Below, piece after piece: positions 1 to 10,320 of a stretch of 45,129 bases of DNA. The DNA lies in NCBI RefSeq assembly GCF_018977255.1, contig NW_024705434.1:1-45129 (forward strand), given 5' to 3'. Each line of letters opens with the position of its first letter. Within the stretch, counting starts at the first letter, position 1. The notes under the pieces are model-generated. The model was not told the origin of the DNA. It saw nothing but the letters and a program-made list of their open reading frames with translations, and did no database searches. The position numbers and the translations under genes were made by a program. Source of the stretch: Callorhinchus milii (Eukaryota).

Positions 1-120
1 CTCATCCAGGACTTGATGTCTGGCAGACATTTTCTCAGGACAGCAGTGATCCTGGAGTCAAGGGTAGAGGCAGAGAGAAAGGGTATCATCCGCATACGTG
101 TGGATGATGTGACCAAGATA
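1..120 (-). mobile_element. old L2 LINE RT fragment
   Basis: Minus strand reads HTYADDT (RT catalytic motif). Confidence 0.6.
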
Positions 121-157
121 AACTCATATTGTTAGGATCTCAGATGAGCAATAAGAG

Positions 158-625
158 AGAATCATGTCATAGAATCATTGAATATTACAAAAAAAAGGAG
201 GTCATTCGGCCATTCGGCCGATAGCCTATGCCTATCCCTCCTGTTTGGAAGAGCTTCCCAATCAGTCCCACTCCACCATGCTCTCCCCATACCCCTGCAC
301 ATTTTTCCTTTTCAAGTACCTATCCAATTCCCTTTTGAAAGTTGTTATTAAATCTGTTTCCACCGGCCTTTCAGGCAGTGCATTCCAGACTGTAACAACT
401 GTCTAAAATGTCTCCTCATCTCCTCTCTGGTTCTTTTGCCAATTATCGTAAATATAGGTGCCTGGGTTACTGGCCCACCGGCCAGTGGAAATACTTTCTC
501 CCTGTCTCTCAAAACCCTCATAATTTTGAACACCTTCTTTGCTCTGAGGAGAACAATCCTAACTTCTCCAGTCTCTCCACATAACTAAAGTCCCTCCTCC
601 CTGGTACAATTCTGGTAAATACGTG
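158..625 (-). mobile_element. CR1 LINE 3' fragment
   Basis: Degenerate CR1 ORF2 C-terminus (FKIM...FPL; WN motif) and TTCTATGA-type tail on the minus strand. Confidence 0.7.
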
Positions 626-963
626 ACAGGCGTTTTTCATCAACATCACGCCAATGTGTTTGCATTGTTGACGTCCCTGATGAATAGGTTACACAGGTTT
701 GTGAGGAAGGAATTGATTAGTATTATTACAGGTATCACATAACATTGCTGCTATTGTGTTCCATTTGCTCCTGAATTCCCCTCCTGTTGAGGGGACATGA
801 CATTGAGGTCGGTGTCTGCATGTTCATGTGGCTGTTGAGGATCTCACGGCACGTTCTCCAGTGTTCTAGCCAATAAACCCAGATAAACATTGGTTATATA
901 CTGCATGGCTGTTTGAGCACCAATTAGCTGCTGCGGTCCCCTAAAACTACACAGTGACAAATA

Positions 964-1670
964 CAACAACAACAACAACAAGATTCCATTTATTGAGCGC
1001 CTTTCACGTCGGGAGGACGTCCCAAGGCGCTGTACAGTTGGGTCAGGACCCGAGCAGGGGGGAAATGGTCAGGGTGAGGGGAGGGAAGGGAGGGAGCGAG
1101 GAGGGGGAAATGGTCAGGGTGAGGGAGGGAGGGAAGGGAGCGAGGAGGGGGTAGCGAGTCGAGAGGGGAGCTGAAGGCACGGTCAAAGAGAAAGGTCTTG
1201 AGACCGGCCTTGAAGGAGGAAAGGGAGGAAGCGGCGAAGGCACTGGGGATAGAGTTCCAGAGCCTCGGGGCTGAGAGGCTGAAGGCCCGGCCACCGATAG
1301 TAGGGCGGTTGGGGCGGGGGATGTGGAGCAGACCGGAGCCAGAGGAACGGAGGGTACGGGCGGGTAGGTAGGGGGATAGTAGGTCGGAGAGGTAGGGGGG
1401 AGCAAGGCCGTGAATGGCCTTGTAGGTGAGGGTGAGGATCTTGAATTCGATCCTCTAGGGGATGGGGAGCCAGTGGAGGCGAGCGAGGGCAAGGGTGAGA
1501 GTGAGAGTGAGGGAGAGGGTGGGAGTGATGTGGGCGCGGTGTCTGTGGGGGACAGTACACGAGCTGCAGAGTTCTGGATGACCTGCAGTGTGGAGGGAGG
1601 GCCGGGAAGGCCGACGAGGAGAGAGTTCCCATAGTCCAGCCTTGAGGTGATGAAGGCATACACCAGCTTT
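964..1670 (-). mobile_element. young L2 LINE 3' fragment
   Basis: Minus strand encodes AFITSRLDYGNSLL...IQNSAARVL, followed by the 3' stem-loop and (TTG)n tail. Near-identical to the copies at 3105, 23582 and 41984. Confidence 0.9.
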
Positions 1671-1699
1671 CCTCCCTGGCCATTGGCAACATCTCCCAT

Positions 1700-2092
1700 T
1701 CTGGCTCCAACCTCCTCTCCCTCCCTCCTCTCTCTCCCTCTCACCCCCTTCTCTTCCTCCTCACCCCCATCTCTCCCTCCTCACCCCTTCCCCTTCCTCC
1801 TTCCTGTTTTTCTGTCCCTCCTCTCTCCCTCCTTTCTCACCCTCCCTCCCTCTCTCCTCACCCTCCCTCTTCCTCCCTCATCACCCTCTCCCCCCACCTC
1901 CTTCCTCACCCCCCTCTCTCTACCTCCTCACCCCCTCCCTCCCTCTCTCTACCTCCTCACCCCTCCCTCCCTCTCTCTACCTCCTCACCCCCTCCCTCCC
2001 CTCTCTCTACCTCCTCACCCCCTCCCTCCCCTCTCTCTACCTTCTCACCCCCTCCCTCCCCTTTCCATCACCCCCTCCCTCATTCCCCCTCT
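1700..2092. repeat. pyrimidine-rich (CCT/CT) low-complexity repeat
   Basis: Almost purely C/T, with recurring ctctctctacctcctcacccccctccc units. Confidence 0.85.
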
Positions 2093-2997
2093 CCTGGGAG
2101 GGGAGGTTGGAAAAAAACTGTGTGCTGCTCTGAGCTGGAGGAGCTGAACAGCACGTTTCCTGGATGACATGTTTGGCTTATGTTATATTTCTTACATTAA
2201 TATTAATCATTAAAATTAATTCCTGTATTGAATGAACTTACAATGTGGGTTTCTGAAGTATTTGCTGAACAACATGTTTGTAATGTCTGACACACACCCA
2301 GGTCTGGTTCCCACAGGACTGTGGAGCCAGTGATTAACCTGTTACCTCAGGTGATCAACAGTTACTGGTGGTAAACAGAATTGGCCAGAACTGAGGAGAC
2401 AACAACAATTTGCAATTAACAGGAGAGAGAGAGAGAAAGAGAGAGAGACAGCAAAGGCAGAGACAGAGGAGGGAGAGGGTCAGAGAGGTGAGAGTGAGTG
2501 ACAGAGGGAAAAACCCAAATATTTCTATGAATGATTTTTATCCGAAGACCAGAGAAACCAACCTTGTAAGTGTAATTCTCTCCAGATAATTTACTGGTTG
2601 GCTTAGTTCCTAATTTAGTGAACCCTTTATGTGTTTCTTGAGGATTGATTCAGTCTCTCATGTAGGGAGTCAGCAGCTGGTTTAGCAGGAGCTACACCAA
2701 TTATCAGGTAGAGAGCATTCCCCCAAGAAAGCCAGGTAAGTGACTGACAGGCACGGAGATCTGTCTGTCCACACCAGCAATTAGTACATTGAACAGAGGT
2801 TCGACAAGTCATCGAGACACTTAGGAACAGACGGATTGTGTCATAGGAGCTGCCAGACCAGACTGGAGGTGATATCGCCAACATGAACATTGTGAACCAG
2901 AGCTTGTGAGGAGGAGATTGAGGAGACCTCCACACCGTGTGTGTGTGAGCAGCCAGTAACGGGATTCATCAGCGGCTGACAGAACACAGCACGAACC

Positions 2998-3012
2998 ATG
3001 GACAGTCTCACG
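2998..3012 (+). CDS. trpc2: trpc2 coding exon 1 (MDSLT)
   Basis: Strong Kozak accATGg, then GAC AGT CTC ACG and donor GTGAGT at 3013. Phase 0 matches exon 2, giving MDSLT-QDNWREI, similar to rodent TRPC2-beta MDPLSP-NWTEI. Confidence 0.8.
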
Positions 3013-3104
3013 GTGAGTGGATTCAGCAACAGAGACTCCACAAAGACTTTATGATTGGGCAGTTGTGTGATTTGCCCGCAAAATACACAGTCACTACGCA
3101 TTAC

Positions 3105-3774
3105 AATAACAACAAGATTCCATTTATAGAGTGCCTTTCACATTGGGAGGATGTCCCAAGGCACTGTACAGTTGGGTCAGGACCCGAGCAGTGGGGAGAT
3201 GGTCAGGGTGAGGCGAGGGAGCGAGGAGGGGGGAAATGGTCAGGGTGAGGCGAGGAGGGGGGGGAAATGGTCAGGGTGAGGGGAGGGAGCGAGGAGGGGG
3301 GAAATGGTCAGGGTGAGGGGAGGGAAGGGAGGGAGCGAGGAGGGGGGAAATGGTCAGGGTGAGGGGAGGGAAGGGAGGGAGCGAGGAGGGGGGAAATGGT
3401 CAGGGTGAGGGGAGGGAAGGAGGGAGCGAGGAGGGGGAAATGGTCAGGGTGAGGGGAGGGAAGGGAGGGGGCGAGGAGGGGGTGGAGAGTCGAGAGGGGA
3501 GCTGAAGGCATGGTCAAAGAGAAAGGTCTTGAGACCGGTCTTGAAGGAGGAAAGTGAGGAAGCGGCGAAGGCACTGGGGATGGAGTTCCAGAGCCTCGGG
3601 GCTGAGAGGCTGAAGGCCACCGATGGTCGGGCGGTTGGGGCGGGGGATGTGGAGCAGACCGGAGCCAGAGGAACAGAGGGTACGGGCAGGTAGGTAGGGG
3701 GATAGTAGGTCAGAGAGGTAGGAGGGAGCGAGGCCGGGAATGGCCTTGTAGGTGAGGGTGAGGATCTTGAATTC
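3105..3774 (-). mobile_element. young L2 3' fragment with ~7 G-rich tandem units, nested in a SINE remnant (about 3050-3104 and 3775-3828)
   Basis: Same L2 3' end (FKILTLTYKAI). The SINE sequence stops at cagtcactacgcattac and resumes at tgtgaagtgctttgag. Confidence 0.88.
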
Positions 3775-4059
3775 TGTGAAGTGCTTTGAGGTGTCTCGAA
3801 GATGTGATATCAAATGCAAGGATTATTACAATTATTGGTGATATCTAATGTTCTGGCTGTGCCATCGCTGTGCCCTCGACCCACCCGCCTTCCGCAGTTT
3901 GTCCTGATCTTTCCCTCCGCTCTGCTGTACATCCCTAATGCCCACTATTGGGGGCCAAGTTTCCAGTCATCATCCCCTGCTCCCTGGAATTTCCACCCAG
4001 AGTTTCTGACTTGTCTCCTCCCTTCAAACTCTAACAATCTCCCTCTTTGATCATCTTAC

Positions 4060-4240
4060 AACAACAACAACTTGAATTTATATATCCCCCTTGACACAGG
4101 ACAGTGTCTCAGAGCACTTGCTTATTATAGTAATAATCCTTGCATTTGATATAACATGATAGATCACGTCGTTGAGGCGTCTCAAAGTGCTTAACAGGAT
4201 ATACTGTAAAGTGTAGTGACTATTTTGTCGGCAAAACGCT
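4060..4240 (-). mobile_element. SINE 3' tail plus L2 tail remnant
   Basis: taataatccttgcatttgatata..., the reverse complement of the SINE tail. Confidence 0.7.
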
Positions 4241-4540
4241 GAAGCGCTCTGAGATGTTATTTTATGTGAGGGGCACGATCTCAGTGCAAGTTGTTGTTGC
4301 TGCCTGGTTCCTGGAAAGGGCTCTGAGTGTTTATCAGGTGAAAGATTGTGTATCAGCACACGTCTCTGTTGTTGACCTGCACTAACGTTCCATTGTACCA
4401 CGTGATCTGCGATCACCTACTCTTTCTTCCTGTCTTTGTCCCATCGTCATTCAAGCGCCGATTATTCACGAAATAAATGCCGTCTCACAGGGTTAACCTG
4501 TTCCCCTGCAGTGCTGTGCGAGTCCAGCTTTCTGCCCTTG

Positions 4541-4903
4541 TGGAGTCCTGTAGCTCAGTGGTTAGAGCGCGCAGTTTGCAAGCGAGAGATCTGGGTTCGA
4601 TTCCTGGGCCGGGCGGAATGTTAGGCAAGTTTTGTTACTCCACATGTCTCTGTTTAGCGGTAGTAAGTAGGAATCCAATTGTTAGTCGTTTTGCGGATCG
4701 CTTTCCAGAGATAATAATCCCTTCAAAAATAATGAAAAAATCCACGACTGTTTGTGGGACACTGCTGTGCGGAAATGGCTGCTGTGTTTCGCTCACAAAA
4801 TACACAGTCGATACTCTTTACCCTATATCCTGTGAAGCGCTTTGAGACGGCTGAATGACGTGATAAAGCACTGTATCAAATGCAAGGATTATTATTATTA
4901 TTA
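4541..4903 (+). mobile_element. tRNA(Ala)-derived SINE, long subfamily
   Basis: A-box gtagctcagtggttagagc, TGC anticodon loop, B-box ggttcgattcc, and tail aaatgcaagga(tta)n. Confidence 0.92.
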
Positions 4904-5269
4904 TGAGCAATTTATTACCAGTTCAGAGTCCCCCTCCGGCTAAAAGATCGTTTCACACAATGGCGGCAAATACAAGTGATTAAAAATAATAATTAATAAT
5001 AGCTGATCACCAGAGATGGCGATGACACCTTGTTTGTGATACAAGAGCACTATCTGATGGTGGCGCGCGGTAATACGATGAAAGAAAATCCACTCGTTTG
5101 TCTTAAAAAGATGAATCCGTGTGTTTTCCCGTTAGAACCATAGAATCTTACACCCAGAAGGAGGCCATTATTCCAAGGAGCGTGTGCTGGCTCTTTGGAA
5201 GAGCTGCCAACCAGTCCCTTTCTGTTTTAAGTACCTATTAATTCCATTTGGACAGCTTTTAGCAAATCG

Positions 5270-5472
5270 ATATTGGGTGATAAACCCTTAAAAAAAAAAA
5301 ATTGGTCCCTCAATCCATGACTGTTTGCGGGACACTGCTGTGTGCAATCGGCTGCTGAGTTTCACCGACAAAATATGCAATCACCACACTTTACAGTATA
5401 TCCTGCGAAGCGCTTTGAGACGTCTCGAAGACGTGAAGAGACGCTGTATCAAATGCCAGGATTATTATTATT
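5270..5472 (+). mobile_element. SINE 3' half
   Basis: gggacactgctgtgtgcaatcggctgc...gagacgtctcgaagacgtg...(tta)n. Confidence 0.85.
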
Positions 5473-5816
5473 AAGGTTTTCCGGAGGAGTGACCCTGAGA
5501 AAAGAATCTTCTCCCTGACATTTGCTTCGAGCACTGGTCATACACTCGCCCTGGGAAGTGCTGACCGCAATTATTGTTGTTGCCAGTTAGCACTCACAAA
5601 TTTCTATTTTCATGCATCAAAATCCTCTGATATGTCACACACAAGCATTTCTTGTTATCACAATAGCCTTTCACACTGGATATGCTGTGCTGTGCCATTC
5701 TGGGATCAGGTCCAGTTTTTAATTTCCAGTTATTGATTGAAAGACATTAAACCAAATGTAAGGAATGTTATTATCCAACAGCAACAAATTGCATTTATGT
5801 AGAACCTTTCAGCACT

Positions 5817-6055
5817 CGAGCTGGGGCTTTGTGTCCGAGCTGGGGGTTTGTGTCCGAGCTGGGGGTTTGTGTCCGAGCTGGGGGTTTGTGTCCGAGCTGG
5901 GGTTTGTGTCCGAGCTGGGGGTTTGTGTCCGAGCTGGGGGTTTGTGTCCGAGCTGGGGGTTTGTGTCCGAGCTGGGGGTTTGTGTCCGAGCTGGGGGTTT
6001 GTGTCCGAGCTGGGGGTTTGTGTCCGAGCTGGGGGTTTGTGTCCGAGCTGGGGGT
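5817..6055. repeat. 19-bp minisatellite (gagctgggggtttgtgtcc), about 12 copies
   Basis: Near-perfect tandem units read directly. Confidence 0.95.
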
Positions 6056-6099
6056 TGGAATCAAGATGGGTGGAGGACTTTGAATGTGAGGACAAGGAT

Positions 6100-6443
6100 C
6101 TTACAGTACATTACATCCAGGATCGACTACGCTAACTCCCTGATTGTCGGCCTCCACAACTCCTCTCTCCACAGGCTGCAGATCATCCAGAACTCTGCAG
6201 CCGTGTCTCTCGCGCTCCAGGCTCCGCGACCCTATCACCCCCATCTTCGCCCGACTCCACTGGCTTCCCATCACACAGAGGACACAATTCAAAATCCTAG
6301 TTCTTGCCTTCAAGGCTCTACCCTACCTCTATGACCTGCTTACAGGTCCAACCCCCAGCTCAGGTTCAATCCTTGACTATCCAGCACTTTAGGACGTCCT
6401 CATGACATGAAAGGCACTGTCTAAATGTAATTTGTTGTTGTTG
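6100..6443 (+). mobile_element. old L2 3' fragment
   Basis: Encodes ITSRIDYANSLI...IQNSAA and LHWLPI...FKILVLAFKAL, with a (TTG)n tail. Confidence 0.8.
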
Positions 6444-6444
6444 G

Positions 6445-6660
6445 GTTATGGCACGAATGTCGGGTTTAAAGGAAGTTGAGAGTCAAACAGGACACCAAGG
6501 TTCCTGACTGGCTCAGTGAGGTGCAGTGTGTATGCATGAATATTGATGCTGTCAACGCCTGAAATGAGGAGGATCCAGTTCAAGATCAGCACCTGAAGGG
6601 CCTTGATCTTGTTGTCGTTTAACTTGGAGAAAGTTGGCACGCATCCAGGGCTTGATGACG
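6445..6660 (-). mobile_element. old L2 RT fragment
   Basis: Minus strand encodes KLNDNK...VRNLGVLFDSQL. Confidence 0.75.
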
Positions 6661-6762
6661 AAGCACTGTGGGACTTTTCCCTGGTGAGAAGCGCTATATA
6701 AGCATAAGTTGTTGTTGTCTTGAAAACTTTAACAAATTAAGAATTTAAATGATTCACTTATA

Positions 6763-7090
6763 GATCTCCTGTAGCTCAGTGGTTAGAGCACTCGCTTTGC
6801 AAGCGAGAGACCTGAGTTCAATTCCAGGCAGAGGGCGAAACCTTGGGCAAGTTTCCTTACTCCACACACAGCCTAATAATAATCCCTCCAAAAAACAAAA
6901 AAAAACAATAATAAATTGGTCATTTTCAATCTACGACTGTTTGTGGGACATTGCTGTGCGCAATTGGCTGCCGCGTTCGCCCACAAATATACAGTCAATT
7001 CACTTTACAGTGTGTTCTGTGAAGCGCTTTGGGACGTCCTCCCGACGTGAAAAGCGCTATATCAAATGCAAGGATTATTATTATTATTAT
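6763..7090 (+). mobile_element. tRNA(Ala)-derived SINE, short young subfamily
   Basis: tRNA head, lacks the central segment, tail gggacgtcctcccgacgtgaaaagcgctatatcaaatgcaagga(tta)n. Confidence 0.93.
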
Positions 7091-7129
7091 CTTTCTTTGT
7101 CTACCTATATTATACCTGGGGAGAGGGGA

Positions 7130-7490
7130 AAGCCGATCAATCACTGGGGGCAGGGAATCCTCCCACTCAGTTCCTGTTAACCCTGCAACCGCAGTCTTAA
7201 CGGGTAGGGTGGTCCTAGCTGGACAAGCAGCGAGAAAGTTTGCCAGATAGCACTCTCAATGGCAAACTAGTGTTTTTAGCTGGTTATATTCCAGCAGTTA
7301 GCCCAAAGCACACTCTGGGGTCCCCAAGCCTTGGTTCTTGCCAACCTGCACCTAATATTCTCCAGAATTAGGTAAGCAGGATGGGTTCCTCCAGGGAGAG
7401 AGTCCGTATCCCATTCCAATACACAGGAATTTCCACATGTAGGTGGAATGCATGGAGGTCTCAGCTTGGTTTGGAGATTCTTAAGCACAG
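7130..7490 (+). repeat. unclassified interspersed repeat, copy 1
   Basis: Homologous to 9430-9870 (+) and 32060-32260 (-). Confidence 0.75.
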
Positions 7491-7769
7491 TGATGAGTTT
7501 CCTGATGTTCAGACACTCATCTGAACCGAAACACCCACGCTAACTATCTACTATATTCACTTAGTACAGGTGTGTGAGTGTGTGGGTGGGTGGGTGGGTG
7601 GGTGGTGGGGGGGTGTGGAGAGGGGATCTCCAAACTACGCCATAACAACACAGTCCATGCTCACTTCCTTATATATAAATCAGAGCAAATTGATTCTCTG
7701 TGAAGTGCTTTGAGACGTGCCTCTACCCACTGCCCAGCCCCTCTACCCGCTGCCCAGCCCCTCTACCCA

Positions 7770-7957
7770 CTGCCCGCGCTGCCTTCAGGCCCGCTGCCCG
7801 CGCTGCCTTCAGGCCCGCTGCCTGCGCTGCCTTCAGGCCTGCTGCCCGCGCTGCCTTCAGGCCCGCTGCCCGCGCTGCCTTCAGGCCCGCTGCCCGCGCT
7901 GCCTTCAGGCCCGCTGCCCACGCTGCCTTCAGGCCCGCTGCCCGCGCTGCCTTCAGC
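7770..7957. repeat. 24-bp GC-rich minisatellite (cccgcgctgccttcaggcccgctg), about 8 copies
   Basis: Tandem units give an 8-aa periodicity in every frame. Confidence 0.93.
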
Positions 7958-8064
7958 CCCTGCACCCACTGCCCCTCTACTCACTTCCCACTGCTTAACC
8001 CCTCTACCCACTGCCCAGCAGAGATGTGAATGATGTCAGTATATACAGTTTCCCAGTATATTTA

Positions 8065-8330
8065 TAGAAACAGGACAAGGCCATTTAGCCCCTCGAGCCT
8101 ATTCCGCCCATTCTATAAAATCTGTTGATCTGTTCCTCAACTCTAATTACCCGCCCTTCCCCCATATCCCTTGATACCCTGACCTGACAAACATCTATCC
8201 ACTTCAGTCTTGAAAATGTGAATGGATCCAGGATCCACAGCCTTTTGGGGGAGAGAATTCCAGATTCCCACTGCCCTTTGGGTGAAAAACAGCCCTGATG
8301 TCACTCCTAAATGGCCTAGCTCTAATTTTA
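8065..8330 (-). mobile_element. CR1 3' fragment
   Basis: Minus strand encodes FFTQRAVGIWNSLPQKAVD...FKTEVDR. Confidence 0.85.
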
Positions 8331-8584
8331 AGAGCCCCCCAACCCCCCCCCCACTCCTCCCATGCTTATGGTCACCTCCCCCTCCCTGTCCCCCTTGGCT
8401 TGGGGTCAGAACTCTGCCACTATCAAGCACTCTGGGTCGCTACCCCACCTGAAGGGTGCCAGAGCGAGTTGCTGTTGGTGGTGGTGTTGAAAATCCCATG
8501 AAGCGCTTCGAGATGACTTGATGGTAAATATATTGAATGCTGGGAATTATTAAGGATTATTATTATGTATTTTGAATTTTGCAG

Positions 8585-9286
8585 CAAGATAATTGGCGGG
8601 AAATCGCGAATAAGAAAATGAAGTTTCCGCCCTCTCTGATCACCGCAATTTATGACGGGAATTTGGCCAAAGTGTATAAGCTTCTGCAGACCAGCGACGG
8701 GATTCTCCGGCAGTTGGATGACACTGAAGACCGCTCCTGGAGGGAAGCCCTGAACCTGGCCATTCGTATGAGCAATGAGGACATAATGACCGCATTACTG
8801 CGCTGCGTTAAGTTTGATTTCCGTCAGATCCACGAGGCCTTGCTGGTGGCTGTCGACACAAACCAGGTGCGTGTGGTGAAGCTGCTCCTGGAGAGGCTGG
8901 ACCAGGAGAAGGGAACCAGTCACAATAAGGTGGACATTATGTCCTTCTCTTTAGCGCTGTTTGATCACTCAATTGACAGCTCCCGCTTTGCTCCCGGTGT
9001 GACACCCCTGACCCTGGCCTGCCAAAAAAACCTTTTTGAAATCGTGGATCTCCTCATGAAGAAAGGCCACATAATTGCCACACCTCACAAGATCTCCTGC
9101 TCTTGCCCAGAGTGCCTGAATGCACGGCAGTATGATATGCTCAAGTTCTCACTATCTCGCATGAACACGTATAAAGGTCTCGCCAGCAGACCCTACCTGT
9201 CCATCGCCAATGAAGATGCCATGCTCAGTGCCTTCAAACTCAGTAGAGAACTCAAGCAACTGTCAAAGAAAGAGCCGGAGTTTAAG
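8585..9286 (+). CDS. trpc2: trpc2 exon 2 (ankyrin repeats, zinc-binding motif)
   Basis: Acceptor ttttgcag. Encodes QDNWREIANKKMKFPP...SKKEPEFK (702 nt). Donor GTAGGA. Confidence 0.97.
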
Positions 9287-9379
9287 GTAGGAAATTACAT
9301 TTATTTCTGAATTAGAATTATAGTAAAAAATCTAATAACAGATCATTAGAATCATACATTGTTATAGCAGAATAAAAGG

Positions 9380-10028
9380 TGTCAGCCTGGCTCAGTGAGT
9401 AATAGTATTTTCTCTATATGTATGGTTCCTGAGCCAGGTGAGTCCGCAGTAGACAGCCCAGCCTGGCTCATCGGCAGGACCTGGAAGAGCAGACCAGTCA
9501 CTGAGGGCAGGGAGTTATTCCATTCAGCTCCTGTTAACCCTGCAGCCAAAATCCTAATGGGTGGGGTGGTCCTAGCTGGACAAGCAGCGAAAGAGCTTGC
9601 CGGGCAGCGATATTAATGGCAAACTATGAGGTTTTAGTTGGTTAGACTCCAGCAGTTACCCCAACACACCCTCTGAAGTCCCCTCAAGCCTTGGCTTTTA
9701 CCAACCTGCGCCTGATACTTTATGGAATTAGGTAAACAGGATACTTCCCTCCAGGGAGAGAGAGAGCGAGTGCAAATTCCATTCCAACAACCCATCTATG
9801 GGATCTCCATGTGTAGGTGGGATGCGTGGAATTCTCATCTTGGTTTGGATACCATTAAACATGGTGATAGGACTGACAATTCCCCAAATAAAATTGGTGA
9901 TCCATTTCATGATTGTTTGTGGAATGTTGGTGTGTACAAATTGGCTCCCGCATTATTATAGAATCAGTACAAATTATAGTAAATCCTTGAGATATCCTTC
10001 CAATGTGTAAAGATTATTATTATTATTA
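9380..10028 (+). repeat. unclassified interspersed repeat, copy 2, running into a SINE-type 3' end
   Basis: Shared core ctgttaaccctgc...ctagctggacaagcagcg...ggcaaact. Ends in a degenerate SINE body and (tta)n. Confidence 0.7.
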
Positions 10029-10121
10029 AACACATCACTCGGCCTTTCTCCACATGAGTTAATCAAATCCCAGGGAATTCTGCTCTTAACCACTACTAGA
10101 ATTTCCTTATCATTTCTCATG

Positions 10122-10320
10122 TGGTGTCCTGTAGCTCAGCGGTTGGAGCTCTCACCTCACAAGTGAGAGGATCTGAGATCGATTCCCAGCAGGGCGAAAT
10201 GTTGGGCAAGTTTCCTTACTCCAAAAACACACCTCTATTTACTTAGTAATAAATTGGAATCCAGTTGTTAGTTGATTGGCGGATTGCTTTTCTGGGGTTA
10301 ATAATCCCTTAAAAAATATA
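10122..10320 (+). mobile_element. SINE 5' part (host of the CR1 insertion; continues at 14203-14370)
   Basis: tRNA head and central region up to ataatccctt. The remainder follows the CR1 tail. Confidence 0.85.

Noticed and set aside
4920..5130. Short unique, slightly CpG-rich intron 1 segment as a possible enhancer
   Set aside because: No convincing motif, and conservation cannot be assessed from this sequence alone.
5730..6135. Overlapping repetitive ORFs (also at 7700-8033 and 23671-24390)
   Set aside because: They are products of stop-free minisatellites.
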